Program-made: the position numbers and the translations under genes
In this document: piece by piece, positions 13,366-27,360 of the stretch
Layout: each line of letters starts with the position of its first letter
Position numbering within the stretch: position 1 is the stretch's first letter
The notes under the pieces: generated by a model
Database searches by the model: none
Told to the model about the DNA's origin: nothing
What the model saw: the letters and a program-made list of their open reading frames with translations, nothing else
NCBI GenBank assembly: GCA_043228905.1
Contig: JBHGNT010000004.1
Coordinates: forward strand, 11,718,001 to 11,782,000
Reading direction: 5' to 3'
Origin: Azolla caroliniana
Lineage: Eukaryota; Plantae; Polypodiophyta
DNA length: 64,000 bases

Positions 13366-16300
13366 GAGGAAGTAATGGAGCTCATTCATGTCTTTCATTT
13401 TGAATCTGCCTGATAGGAGCGTTTTGACCTTATTAGATCCTTTCTTCCGATGACTAGATCATCCACGTAAAGGATGATGACAATTGGGTTGTTCGACTTG
13501 TTTAGGATGTATAGGGAGTTGTCCGATTTCGACAATCGGAAGCCGATTTGGTGAAGATATTAGGTGATCTTCGAATGCCAAGCACGCAGTGCTTGCTTGA
13601 GACCATACAACAGCTTCTTGAGTTGGCAGACTGCTTTTGGGTGTTTGTTCAATTCGAAACCGGGTGATTGAATCATGATGAGCTCCTCTTCTAATTCGCC
13701 TTGTAGGAAGGCATTCTTTACGTCCATTAGGTGGAGGTGCCACCCTTTTGTAGTTGCGAGAGCAATGACTGTCCGAATAGTCGTCATTTTTACCACATGG
13801 GCAAAGGTCTTTGTGTAATCGACTCAATGTGTTTGGGCATATCCCTTCGCTATGAGTCTGGACTTGAAGCGATTTACTGCGTCGTCGACATTATATTTTA
13901 CTTTATATATCCACCTACAACCAATCGCTTTCTTATGTGGAGAATGGGGGACAAGATCCCATGTCTCGTTTTTGCATAGAGCCCACATTTCGTCATTCAT
14001 GGCTTTGATCCATCGTGGATCGTTGGCTGCCTCCGAAAATATTTCCAGTTCTCGGATTGTCGCCACCTTCATCATAAAGGCATAATGATATGCCATATAC
14101 TCATCATAGCCGAATCGACTAACCGGGTTTTTCTCTCAGGTGGAGTGACGGAGCTTCTCGTTGGTAGAGACTAAGGCTTTCTTTGCTCCATTCATCTGGA
14201 TGATTGGGATGTCAATCTTGGCCTTTGAACTCACTGTCAAGGGAGTGAGTTGACTCGTTGTCAATCTGATCTTCGTATTCCGGCATTTTGGCCTTCCCTT
14301 TGTCTAGCTTCGAACTCGGTCGAGATGTGCTTTAGTCACTTGGGGGCTCTTGTGGTTCACTCAGTCTTGTCGTAATCTGACTTTCTTCGAACATGTGCCT
14401 CATTCGATCTTCGTGTTCAACCAATTCTGGGTCGACTAGGGTTGGAGTCGGAGTTGTTTCTAGCTCGTACTAGGATGCCGACTCATCGAAGACGACATCT
14501 CGACTCACCTGAACTTTTTGGGTGGATGGATTGTAACATTTATAGCCCTTTTGTTCGAGTGAGTACCCTACGAGGATACATTTCTCCGACTTTGGATCAA
14601 GCTTTTGTCGCTTCTCGTCGGGAATATGTATGTAGGTGATCAAGCCAAATATTCAGATATGTGATAGATCCAATTTCTTTCTAAAGAACTTATCGTGAGG
14701 GATTACATTGTGTATCTAGAGGTTGTACATATGTTCATGAGATAGACGGTTGTGTTAGCCACTTCTACCCAATATGATTTCGGTAGGTTTTTCTCGTTCA
14801 TCATGGCCCTTGCCACCTCTACTATGTGTTGATTCTTTCGTTTGGCTACTCCGTTTTGCTGAGGTGTGTGTTGGCACAAGAATTCTCATCGAATTCCTTC
14901 CTTTTAGAGATACAATGTAAATTCATCTGAGAAATTGCCCCCATTTGATCGAAGGCATCAGACATGTCGACTTGTGGCTATTTTGATTTCGTTTTTAAAC
15001 CTTTGGAAGTGTCTGAACACTTCACTCTTCTGTCGCATAGGGTAGATCTAACATGCCTTTAGAAGTCATCAATGAGCATGACATAATATCAACAACCATC
15101 GAATGTTGCCGTCTAAGGTCCCCACACATTTGAATGTACTACATCTAGGATTCCTTTGCTCACATTCCTCTCTTTCGGGAATGGTTGTTGGTGTTGTTTG
15201 CCGAATTGGCAGGCTTCACATACACCAACCATCTCCTTTTTAGTAAATGTCGGGAGTCTGATTACGACTCCTTTCGATTGCATTCCTTTAAGCTTTTGGA
15301 GATTGATGTGGCCAATTCTCTTGTGCCCAGTTTCAAGTCGGTGTCGACTTTGAGGCCTTATCGGTCTTCTTTCTCAATAAAGCATCCGTCATTATTGAAT
15401 CATACTTACATGCCTTGTTCGACAATCTGGCCAATTGAGACCAGGTTTTTCGTGATGGTTGGGACATGCAAGATGTTCTTGAGGTAGGTTTGTTTGTCGT
15501 CATTCCCGAATGAGACATTTCCGATATGCCGAATCGAGGGAGTTGTGTCATCCCTGGTTTTGACAAAGCCGGGTTGATTGGGCTTTCTCAACTCTCGGAA
15601 CCAATCTTCATGAGACATCATATGATTGGATGCTCCCGAGTCTACAAACCATACATCTTCTAAGGATGAGGTACTAGTTGGATCCTGTGCCAACATCGAA
15701 TGAGCTTTGTGCCTCATTACGAACATTCTGCCATGGTCGCCATAATCAGAATTCGTGGCGTAATTTGTGAGTTGTTGGCTGGTCGAAGTTGACTCTCGCT
15801 TCTTCTTTCAACACTCCTCTTCATAGTGGCCGAGTTTTCCACTGTGATGGCTCGGTTCGGCGATATGGCTCCCCCTTCTGCCGAACTCCCTAGGATTGTT
15901 CTTATCATCTTGCCATTGGTGGGAGTTGAGTTCTCGGGTCGGTTGACCCTAACGCCCTCAGCCGAATCCTCTTCTATCATCCGATTGGGAGTAGAACATC
16001 TGACCATCTAGTGTGTTGCTCGTTTGTTGAGCATGATTTTCCTCCACCAGGAGTATAGATTGAAGGTCAAAAAAGTAAGGAGGGTTCTCCCTTGTGAAAA
16101 TGGCCAATCTGATCGTGTCAAATCGAGGTGCCAAGCCGCTGAGGCATATTTGCACCATTTCGCCATCATCAATGATGACATTTATTGACATGAGGGCATC
16201 ACACAACTCCTTCATCTTCATGGTATAGCTGGTGATTGACATGTCCCTTTGTTGCATGTTATTGAACTCTTGTTGGAGTTGGAGTTTTCGTGTAGCCGTC

Positions 16301-16885
16301 TTGCCCATAAAAATCTTCTTGAGATTGCCCCAAGCTTCTTTCGGCATTTTCGCCTCTTGAATATAGCTGAGCATGTGATCATGGACGCATGAGGCAAGAC
16401 AATACAACACAAGGCTTGTGGCCTGCTCCCAGGTTGGGTAGTCGACGTGTGTTGGGTTGTGTTTCGTGAGATCCCTCTATATAGCTCCAATAACCTTGTC
16501 CGACAAGGTATTGATGCATCTTGTACTTGTTGATCGTCGGTGTGCAACGCAAATCAGTTGAATAATCTCGATTAGAAAACCACACACTCTGATACCATGT
16601 AAAGAGAGAGAGACGTAGTTGGTGTTGTGCAACAGAAGCAAACTCTTTGTGTGTGCGAGTGCATATAAAGCAAAATAGAGAGAGGGACAGAGAAAGCTCA
16701 GAACAAGAAGCTATATTAGAAAAATATGATTACATCCAATAGTAACTAAGTTACAAGGAGTTGGTTTAAATACCAACTAGTCTAGGGCAAGTGCCCTTTC
16801 TACTAATTACAAAACTAGCCTAGTATGATGTCCACTGGCTAGTGTGAACACTATCTCTATGAGAAGTTGAGTTTGATTCTCAACA
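13363..16885 (-). mobile_element. Copia element C, 5' part (LTR 16598-16885, PBS, gag, PR, IN, RT)
   Basis: PBS rc CTCTGATACCA 16587-16597; gag 15958..16410; WFVDSGASNHM; RT MDVKNAFLQGEL, YGLKQA; ELHYFLG at ~13365 joins KVIQTQAG at 1321. Confidence 0.9.
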
Positions 16886-17337
16886 AACTGGATGAAGTGG
16901 ACGGGAGGAACCTCAAGTTGAGCTTGAGGGGGAGTGTTGAGTGACAAGCTCGACATGAGCCGAATCGACTGAAGAGAGTCAGTTGACGAAGCTGAAAGCT
17001 GGACCAGTTGAAGAAGCCATTATGGGCCTACTTTCCTATTTTAGTAATAGGATATTATAGGCAAGTTAGTGCCAGAGCTCATAAGTGAGCATTAAAGTAC
17101 TAGTCAATACTTGTGCCAGCCCATTGTTAGGGGTTTGTATAAAAAGTGCTCTATGAGCACATTGTATGTACTAAGAGTTTTGTAATAGAATTTTTTGGTC
17201 ATTGTTTGCTAACTCAGTCTCCCTCTCCCTCACTGTGTATTTGTCCCCTACACTCATTTTCTATGTTTTACCTAACTATCTGTTGTTTGCCGATTGAGCC
17301 GACTGCTTGTTTAAGCTTCCACACATAAACTTTTACA
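16886..17337 (+). repeat. PPT and 3' LTR (16935-17337) of Copia element D
   Basis: GAGGGGGAG then TGTTGAG...TTTTACA; both ends resemble LTR 53997-54417. Confidence 0.7.
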
Positions 17338-17500
17338 AAAATGAAGATATATTTCGAATGAGACATGTTTTTTTTGTACACTGGTTGATGAAGATGGCAT
17401 ACATAGGTTCATTACATGCCCGATTGCTAAAGCCATTTGGGTGGTTATATCACAAATTTGGGCATCAATGACATGATGTTTTTTGTTACCTTTTGAGTGG

Positions 17501-17693
17501 GTTTTCATAGATGGTGCTAAAGCTCTACCCACACCATCATATCATGTGGTGTTTGATTACCTTAGGTATTGGGGGAATGTGGTTTAACTAGACCATGTTT
17601 TCATAGATGGTGCCAAAGCTCTAGCAACACCATCATATCATGCGGTGTTTGATTACCTTAGCTATTGGGGGAATGTGGTTTAACTAGACCATG
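17501..17693. repeat. 96-bp tandem duplication
   Basis: gttttcatagatggtgc...aactagaccat occurs twice. Confidence 0.85.
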
Positions 17694-17879
17694 AGAAATG
17701 GGTTCTTGTTTGATGGACTTCGTGGGGTACCACAACAAACTCTGTAGGATGAAAGGGAGATTGATTTGACAATTTGCAACTATGTTGTATGGAAATATAT
17801 ATATACATATGTATGTATTTATGAAAAAAAAGAAAAGAATGGGGGGAGGAGAGACCAAACCAACTGAATAGAGGGGAGG

Positions 17880-18125
17880 GGGGGATTCGGCGTAATATTA
17901 ATAATAAATTATATATCATTTTCTGGGGTAATTCCTTTGAGACAGAGACAGACACAGAGACAGAGACAGAGGCAGAGGCAGAGGCAGAGGGCAGAGGCGA
18001 GAGGAAGAAGAGAGAGGTTTAGGGTTTGTACGCAGTGTTTCTGAAAGGCGGACAAACTTCTGTTGCGACGAAGTGACGTCTTTAGGTCAGCGTTAGGGCG
18101 TCCTGTTTCTTACTGAAGTTAAAAG
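17880..18125 (+). promoter_or_regulatory. Probable promoter / first non-coding exon of the FPA-like gene
   Basis: GA-rich tract, telobox TAGGGTTT ~18021, TGACGTC ~18074, donor AAG|GTACTT at 18125/6 followed by (CT)n, typical of a plant 5' UTR intron start. Confidence 0.5.
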
Positions 18126-18130
18126 GTACT

Positions 18131-18169
<39 letters not shown>

Positions 18170-19974
18170 CTTCTCCATTTTGAAGGAAACGTTTCTCTTT
18201 CTTTCATTCATCTTGTCATGCCGTTCTGTTCTGTTCGTCTTCTTCAGAGGATTCTAAACACTCTCAAGAATTCCTTTCGTGCCGAACCTTCTTTCAGAAA
18301 TTTGCAGAAAATAACTTTTTCTTCTTCCTGTAATGTGTCTTTTTTTGCTCTCAAGAGAGTCTTAGTTTTGGCTTCTCATCCAACAATTTGTCTCGGATCC
18401 TCAAGATATCGGTTTTTCTAGATCCTGAAGATATTATTGAAGAATCTCAACATATTAGTTCTTCATTCTTTGGGCGAGGATGAGAATACAAGAAAGTGGA
18501 AGGAAGCACAGACATTCAGACTCCCTGGTTAGCTCAGTTGTAAACTCTCTCTTTTTTTCTTGTGGATGTGGCATTCTCATTTCTTTGTTTCAGTTTTGGG
18601 AATTTGATTAACCTTACACAGATTGTCACTTCAACTTATTGCTAGCAGTGACTAATTTTCTTTGATTTCCCTATCTTCTAAGGTAGAGTTCACAAGGAAA
18701 CCTAAATTAGGTTTGCCAAAGTTTATATTTCAACATATGTGTCAAATGTTTGTTCGTGTGGCCTGGAAAAATATGTTACTAAATAGTAAGGCATCAAATA
18801 TATGATTAAAATCCCAATCTTGGTATATATACATCACAAAAATATCAATTGTGGTAATTTATATGGAACATTTTCACCAACATTTACACCTTGGAAACTC
18901 CTAGCATCTGAGTGGAAGTTTCAAGCAAGGAAACCAAAAAGATGATGATATATGTCATTTCCCTAGAAAATCCTAACATGAGACATCTTCACATGGACAT
19001 CCAGATGGTTGAGCAGCTATTGAAATCTATGCCATCAGTATCCCACAACTATGTGACCATCTTGTACATCCATGTGAACATCTTCTACATTTACTGGCAA
19101 TTTTTTGGCAATACAACATGCATGTGAACATGTATCATGGATGAAATTGATATGGAACAATTATGGCTTTGAAAATTTGTTGCCACACCAAGAATTGCCT
19201 GCCTTGACATATGCACTTGAGCTAGTAACTGATTCAGGAGCGGGAATTTTACAACTAAGAATGAAGAAATCTTTAATTACATTATGTTCTTTACCAACAT
19301 ATTTCCCTTCTGCTACGTATATTGTTTTTCCTTTTTATCCAAGATTTCACATTCCAAATTTTGATATTTCTTTCCACAGAAGATGCATTATATCCAAAAT
19401 TCCTTTCAACTGTAACCAGACAACCACATTTAGAATCAGGATTTAGAGATCTCAGAGGATGCATAACATCCAAACTTCCATTTCAACTCTAATCAGACAA
19501 CCGCCTTTAGAGTCAGGATTTATGCTTTAGTCAAGAATGTAGAGATCTTGAATTTTAATATCCTTTCCATTCCTCGCCCTTGTTGCAAACTACCACATTT
19601 CCCCTTTCTACAAATGCAAGATGTTTTACATCCAAATAGTTTCACCTAGAAACAGGCAACAAAGTATTTAATTATTCTTCATCATAGCAGAATATCTTTT
19701 TATTTTGCACGCTTTAGGAAATTGATCTCTGCTAATTGCTGCTGTAGTAACCAAACGAAAATGGAATTGGATCTGAAAATCGTGAATCATAACATATTTA
19801 TAGAACCTTGTGAAAGGTATTTCATTGAAAGTCAACATATTCGTGACACGTTAAATGGACTGTTTTGCATTTTCCATCTTTTCTGATCCTTACTGTTGGT
19901 GGTGTTCTTGCAAGTGCAAGCTTGCCTTTAACTCTGTCACAGAAGGGTGTTATTCGAAAGCTGAGTTTAATCCC

Positions 19975-20330
19975 AATAATATTCAGCATCATGTCCTTTT
20001 TCACCTCACAATCTCAGCAAACCGCTCATTAGCAACTGTTATCATGCCTTGTTAGTGTTTATGCATCAAACCACAATGGGACTGGAACTCACAATATTCA
20101 GCATCATGGCTTTTGCACCTCACTATCTCTGCTAAATGCTCGTTAGCAACTTTTATCATGTCTTGTAAGTGTTGATGCATCAAACCACAATGGGACTGGA
20201 ACTCACACTATTCAGCATCATGTCTTTTTCATCTCACCATCTCTGCTAAATCCATGTTAGCAACTTTTATTTTATCATGTCTTGTAAGTGTTGATGCATC
20301 AAACCACAAAGGGACTGGAACTCGCAACAT
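19975..20330. repeat. Three-copy ~116-bp tandem repeat
   Basis: attcagcatcatg...gcatcaaaccacaatgggactggaactc occurs three times. Confidence 0.85.
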
Positions 20331-23300
20331 ATTGTGGAAGATTTACCAGAACATGGCTACATCCTAAAGGGTGTTATCTCCACATGCAGCCCCACAAAAC
20401 CATCATATTCATTACTTGTGTGCAGGAGTTGTCTCTTTTTCTTTTCGGGTGAGATCCTCTCTTGTATCGGTTTTTTGGTATTCTTCATTATGGCAAAGTC
20501 TATCTGTTGCATCTCTGGACGTGGTAGAAACTCGTTTATCCCTTTAGCCTATACCTGTTCTTTGGTGTTGATGATTTGAATGGAGATGCTACATTATTTT
20601 CCTAGGCTATGGATGGGAAAGTTGATGATCTGGCACTTCTTGGGCTACCTACTCCAAGCGTGACTGTTACTCTTATATTTCTTCATTGTATGTTTTCATT
20701 TAGTTTTCACCTCTATTTTCAACTCTATAGGTTTGTCTTTTACTTCCTATATTTCCATGTCTGAATACTCATGTAAGTCCTCTTGAGCTTGAAGTAAGCT
20801 TAGAAGTTTGGGGATGGTTGGGGCTGAAGTAGTACCCAGAGGATCAGGATTTTTCAAAGGGGGGAATGGTTATACTTGAGTAATTCAAAATCATCCACAA
20901 ATTCTAGGCATTCAGTTTTGAGATTGATTGGTCAATATCTGTATAAATCCTCCTTAAAGTTGAAGAAATAAAACCACAGAACATGAAGCTGATTAAAAGG
21001 AATGTGAATAAACCGTCTATGGGCCGACGATCCATCTAACCACTCAAATCCAGCTACCTAACACAGTTCTGGAGGTGAATGAGGGGGATGTTGTAAGTTG
21101 TGTTTTTCGTAAATATATTCTGGAGGCAATGAGGTTTATGCTGCAAGACTTTACTTTTGATGCTCAAAATTTAATGGTACTTATGTGATTAAGTGTCAAG
21201 TGATAGTCAACTTACATTAACGTGGCTCAATCTTCAGCTTTCATGGTACTGCAGCAAATAACGCCTTAGAGGTAGATTTGTGGAGGTGAATATATGAGTG
21301 AATCCAAAGATAAGATGATTCCTAACAGTGGATGGCATAACTGTACACCAAAACAAACCGAACAGTGGATGATAATCCAAAGATATGAGCGAATCCAAAG
21401 ATAAGATGATTCCTAACAGTGGATGGCATAATAGTGCAGACATGAATCTAAACCTAAAGAATACCTGTGTGGCGTGCTAGCCAAAACACCAAATTACTTA
21501 ACATGAAATATTCTTGTTTCTGAAAAATATGTAGGCTCAGATATGGGACATCATTGGCCCCTTTATTTTAAGATGAAGGTGATAGTAAGGAACTATGCAA
21601 CATTATTTCAGGAATACAAGCCTTGTTGCACTGCAAATGAGATATGTTGGATTGATTCTAAGCTCGTAGATACTTTCTTAGCCACCCAGCTTTTATATAC
21701 TCTCAGTTAGCCACACCAAAGCATAAATCTGTATATGTATATATATATACATACATATTTATGCTAAGCTTTTCTCTCGTCCATCAATTTACTTTTCCTA
21801 AGATGATATTAGATGGGGCTTATATAAAGCATTAAGGATAAAGAGCACGGCAGTTCACAAGATGTTGATTGAACTCCAATGCTCCTTTTGTTAATGACCT
21901 GTAAAGTGCTCTCTTACCCTAGTACAATATGACTCAATGCGATTCAAACATGTGACATTGATAGATTATATTGGATCTGTGGTTGATAAGGTGCATGTTG
22001 TGAGAGCAAGCAGCTCTTTGGCGTTGTAAGTTAACTGTACTGTCATACCTGATTGGGCTTGAATTGGAGACACTGGTAAGCAAACTTAAGAGAACACCAA
22101 GTTGAATGAAGATGGCTAAATTATTTCCATGGTTTATAGCATGACTGGACAGATCAGTTCTTATAATTGAAACCTAAGAAACATATCCAATCTTTCAAAT
22201 GTGTTTCTAGTGCTCGTTCTTTTGGAAGATTCTATAATATTTTATTTTGGTTTTATTATATGATTGTAGAAAGTTAATACAGACATTTTGAACAATTTAT
22301 TAAGAAATACCATTCCATCAATGCATAAGTTGCAAGCTCAGTGATTTCAAACAGCATGGGCTGGCTGTAATAATAATCAACATTCTCAGTCTATATTCTC
22401 TAACATTTAGTCCTGGCCCACCTCTTTAAGAATTTCACATTGCATCTTGACGTCAATTAATGATGGCTTTAAGTATGAAGAATGGTAAACAATTGGCCAC
22501 CATTTCAGCATAGCACTCCCCAGAGTGTTTCCAAATTTATCTCCATTCAGACAAAGTAGTGTAGCTTCGTTTTCCACACTGTCAAATATATGTACCTTGC
22601 AAACTTGATTGTATGTCGATGTTACTATGCAGAACAGTGTAGATGTATTTTCCAAGCATTGTTTTGAATCCTTGCATAGCAGCCTGAAACTTGTTTATTG
22701 ATGAATATTTTTAAATGGCAGCCCAAAAACCATTTGATTGATGCATTTGGTAACTATCTGGAATATCACTTGCCATAGTTTCAAAACAAGGAAATTCATT
22801 ATAAATATGTTAGACATGCTGAATGCCTATGGATATGGTGAGGTTGTAAATTTTAGCGGACAATTAAGCATGTTACCCATGAGCATTACTTTGTCTGACG
22901 ATAAATTAATGTTGTGCATCTATCATTCTGGACACCTATTAGCTAGCTATTAAAAAACGTTTCATGATGACTGGTCAACATGCTTCAAATGAGCCTCATA
23001 ACTAGACCTAAATTGCTTCCATTTGTTAGACACAGAAGATGTTTGCAAACTAAGATTAGAGAAAAGCATATATGGTGATGGCTGCTCCACTTGCTTCCAA
23101 TTATCCTCACAAGTAGGCTTCTAATGCTCTTTTTTGCATAGATACAGAAGAGGTTTTCATTGTTTCAGCAATAAATGGTTTTGAATCAGCAGCTGAATCA
23201 GATTCCTGATGCTAACCAGGTCCACTTTCAACAAAATGTCCTGATATTCTTCCATACCAACTGATTGCGAACCATTTGATGTTTTCTGTACCTTTCTGTT

Positions 23301-23741
23301 GTAGCTTGCCATGCAATAACTGCAAATTGCATCATGAAGGCATTGCCCCATAAATACACTTGTTCCTAAATGTGAAGTCAATGTACTGGAAAGTCAGACT
23401 AGCTTAGCTAGACTTTATTAATCTTAGTTACCAAAGAAGATATTCAAATTTGTTATGGATTATCTATCTGTTGGTTGAAGTCAAAAGGCCAGCACAACGT
23501 AAAGATCACAATCCAGAGAATTTTTTTACCATTGAATTCGATCTCAAACATTTTTAGTTTGCTTTCAAATCCTCTTGTAATTTGGGAACTTCAAATGCCA
23601 AAATATGGAGGAAATATCCAATACAATCCATTACTGTTGTAAAGCATTTACTTCCTGATTAGTGCACAATTTTGGTAAATTTCCTTCATATCTGAAAACA
23701 TGGTCCATAAACCTTGACAAGGTTGCGAAACAACTTACCAG

Positions 23742-24146
23742 TAACAGTTGGCAATGGTTCGGTTTGAACCGAACCGTGAAACTGCGGTTTAACAGCTTAA
23801 CCGTTTAAATGGTTCGGTTTGGTTTCAACTGTTAGAAACTGCGGCTAGTGGTTTTTTTTTCTAAAATTTTAAATTAAATATTTTTTTAAAACAATCTTTT
23901 CATTTTCAAGCCTTATTCTCACATTTTAGGAAAATCTTTAAAATCTTGAAAAATTAAAATTAAAAATAATGAAATAGTTTAAATTTTAAATTTTTTAAAA
24001 TTTTAAAATTGAATTTTGACCTAAGTTGAAAACCGAAACCGAATCATGAAACCGCGGTTTTAATGGTTTGGTTTTAACGGTTTCGTGGTTTGGTTCAAGT
24101 TTCAACATTTTTAAATGGTTCAGTTTCAAACTGTTGCCGATTGTTA
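23742..24146. mobile_element. hAT-type MITE, 405 bp
   Basis: 8-bp TSD CTTACCAG (23734-23741, 24147-24154); imperfect TIR TAACAGTTGGCAA / TTGCCGATTGTTA; clustered subterminal AACCG/CGGTT motifs; AT-rich core. Confidence 0.85.
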
Positions 24147-24221
24147 CTTACCAGATACACCATACAACTCCAGGATTTTGCAACATCCTAGAGTAACTCT
24201 TGGATAGCTCTCATTTGTATC

Positions 24222-24670
24222 ATAGCATAGTTAGGATCTCCTAGTCATCCAGTGAGAAGAGAAGGGACCTAATCTTGGAAATATACTCATAGGTTCCGTC
24301 TTTTCTCACAAGATGACTAGGAGGTCCTAGCTATGCTATAAAAGAGGCACGAAAAGAGAAGGGACCTAATCTTGGAAATACTCTTAGTTCCTTTCTTTTC
24401 TCACTGGATGACCAGGAGATCCTAGCTATGCTATAAAAGAGGCATGAAAAGAGAAGGGACCTAATCTTGGAATACTCTTAATTCCCTTCTTTTCTCACTG
24501 GATGACCAGGAGATCCTAGCTATGCTATTAAAGAGGCATGAAAAGAGAAGGGACCTAATCTTGGAAATACTCTTAGTTCCCTTCTTTTCTCACTGGATGA
24601 CCAGGAGATCCTAGCTATGCTATAAAAGAGGCATGAAAAGAGAAGGGACCTAATCTTGGAAATACTCTTG
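24222..24670. repeat. Fold-back element (24222-24339) whose loop and right arm are amplified as ~95-bp tandem units
   Basis: atagcatagttaggatctcctagtcatccagtgagaa pairs with ttctcac..gatgac.aggag.tcctagctatgctat; agagaagggacctaatcttggaa recurs at ~24258, 24355, 24450, 24544, 24639. Confidence 0.85.
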
Positions 24671-24899
24671 AAAAGGAAATGAGGCGTCTATATAGACACT
24701 TTTTCAGTTGAAAAGTAAATATAATGTTCACTTAGGTGGCATTTGAGATGCATTAACCTTACTTTGGATTTCAGTACAAGGCGGTTGAATTTATTGGATG
24801 ATTACAATTTTGTGTTGGATAATGAGAAAAATGGTTCCCTTTTTTTGGTCTGTATGTATATACAGCAGCGTGAGACCTATTTTGCGCGTCTTAACTTAA

Positions 24900-26050
24900 A
24901 TTCACAACCTTGAGCTGAGGCTCCACAGCTTCTCCACAGCACATTCTTTTCCAAGGATGATCATAAACATGACATGAGGATGTATTTTTGAATCTCATCA
25001 TTCACGAGTCATTGGAGGTCTTTTTAAATGTTAAAGAAAGAATAATCTGCTGCAATGACCTGAAACTGATTTTATGATTCAGATGCTCATAGTCAAAAGA
25101 TGCAGTTTTCTATCCACTAAACTGAACCAAAGACTTACTTGCACATATGCTAAACTAAAGCACTCACTGTAGCCCGCCAAAATATATGAGTTTCAATAAC
25201 ATCAAGGGAGAAGTAACTTAAGACACAGATGTGTATGTCTGGTGTATCACATCATCTCAGCCCATATATGCGATCTGTACCTCTGGACGAGTTTTTTTCT
25301 TCTCCAAAGCTTCATACCATATATCCTGTTTTAATCTGTCTTATGTAATTTTCTGTTCCAAAACCTTCAACCAAATATCCTATTGTCAAAAGTTTCCTCT
25401 CTTTCAGCAGCATCTTTCCCCCAACAGCTCCACAACCTTCATCATGTGCACAAACGTGCCGTGCTGTTCACATTATAGTTCATGCCACAAATTTTCATTA
25501 ATTTATGTTTCTTTCAAGCTCGACCCTTGACCCTTTTTCGCATACCACTCATGCATCCGCATCAATGTTTTTTTATGAGTGTGGTTCTGTTGATGATCCT
25601 CAAATTTGTGATATGCAATATCTTTGCATTCATCATCTCTTGACAAGATCCAAAGACCCATGGGACTGTTGATTCTTGCCCCTTCCATAAAAGAGTTTGG
25701 TTAGAAAACAGGGGTCTCCCCACACAGTAGAGATGGTTTCTCTTTTTTGGTTGGCACTTCTATTTGAGAAGTTTGAGCTAACTAAAATTGTATCAAAGGG
25801 GACTTGTTTACCTCAACCATAAGACCTTTTATGATTGGCAGTTTTGAGTACCTTGCCCCATGGGACTGATCCAAGCCCACTTTCATATAAAAAGTCACTC
25901 CAAAAACAAAATTTTCTACTAAGAAATCACACAGTAAATGGTTCTTCATCAATGTTATTGCCCTGTAGTACTCCCAGGCATAGTGAACATTATCTTTATT
26001 CCAAGCTTTGCCATTTTCCACCATTTGCCATGACTACCCACATTGTACAG
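24900..26050 (-). mobile_element. Very degenerate LINE (non-LTR) remnant, tentative
   Basis: Weak minus-strand resemblance to post-RT motifs (ENFVFGVTF vs F.YLGV.F) and a decayed C-terminal Cys/His region; many stops. Confidence 0.25.
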
Positions 26051-27159
26051 AATAATTAGAGGTACAGAAGTTAGAAAGATGAATTACAAATGCATTTGGA
26101 TAAATCAAAGCACTCAAAATTTGCCCCTTGTTCAGCATTGTTGCTCTGTAGCACTCTATGGTTTATGCTTGTTAATCGGTATTGTTGCAAACCCTAGACA
26201 ACTCCAAAGAATGGGTCATCACATTCAATCATCATCCTCGCTTTGAAGAGGTTGGAGCAACAATGATTTTCTACCTGGAAATTGCACAAGAAATGGTACT
26301 CCCAGGGATTCTGTACATTATCTTATTCCAAGATTTTCCAGACTCTCAATTGAAAGTTCCATTACCTTTTGGAATCTGCAGCAGCCTAATGAAGGCTTGC
26401 TAGAATACAGACAAGATAGACCTGAGTGAATTCTGGTATGCAAGATTTTTATCATTTCCGAGAAATTCTTGCTGTCATATGCTAACCACTATACAAATTG
26501 TAATATTACAAAAATCACAAATAGTCGTTTTGAGATTTTTAGCAGCAAAGTTAATTTCTGAAAATTTTGTTTCAGGGTCCATAAATTTGAAAGAAAATAG
26601 AGCTTTCTCCATATTTCACAATGCAGGCTTAGAATTGGTAGGGGCAAAGCATATCCTTGTAGTTTCTTTTGTCGATTGTAACCTACCTCAGAATATAGGA
26701 TACCGTTGACAAACACCTATTTAAATTAAGGATACCGTTGGAAAATGTACCTCCGTTACCCAACCTAGGGGTTATGATGCTCATATAACTAGAGCTTGTA
26801 ACGTGGATTTTTGTGCCTACATAATCATGCTCCACGTTTGCAAATTGTCCCTTTGACCTAATTTGCAGCCTTGCCACCTCGAAACATAATTTATATTCTC
26901 TAAATATTCTGCCAAAAGCTTTTTATCTATTGCCACTTGAAAAAACTCTCTTGAGGTGCATTTAGTTTGCTTAATACGTTTTTATTCAACAACTCGAAAA
27001 TACATAAAGTATAAGCGACATAACTTAGAAGAGATTAGAACAATGATATTCGGACATTTAATATGAACCAGGAATGTAGTGATTTAATCTATATAAATTG
27101 AATCATAGTAACCTACCTATTTATGCAATTTAGGCATTTGGAGGGATACCTCGGAAGCA

Positions 27160-27360
27160 ATGACACTCTAAACGAATGCTTATTTGAGGAATTGAATTTG
27201 GTATATTGAAACCAACATGTAAATTAGCAAAAAGTACATGAAAGGAATCGGATATTGAGCTTATGACACTCTAAAAGAATGATTATTTGAGGAAATTGAG
27301 CTTGCTATATTGAAAGCAACTTGTGTCAGTTAGCAAAAAGTACATGAAATTGAGCTTGCT
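27160..27360. repeat. ~100-bp degenerate tandem duplication
   Basis: atgacactctaaa.gaatg.ttatttgaggaa...ttagcaaaaagtacatgaaa occurs twice. Confidence 0.75.

Noticed and set aside
26060-26900. Short ORFs in the gene leader as coding exons
   Set aside because: No recognisable motifs or consistent splice phase
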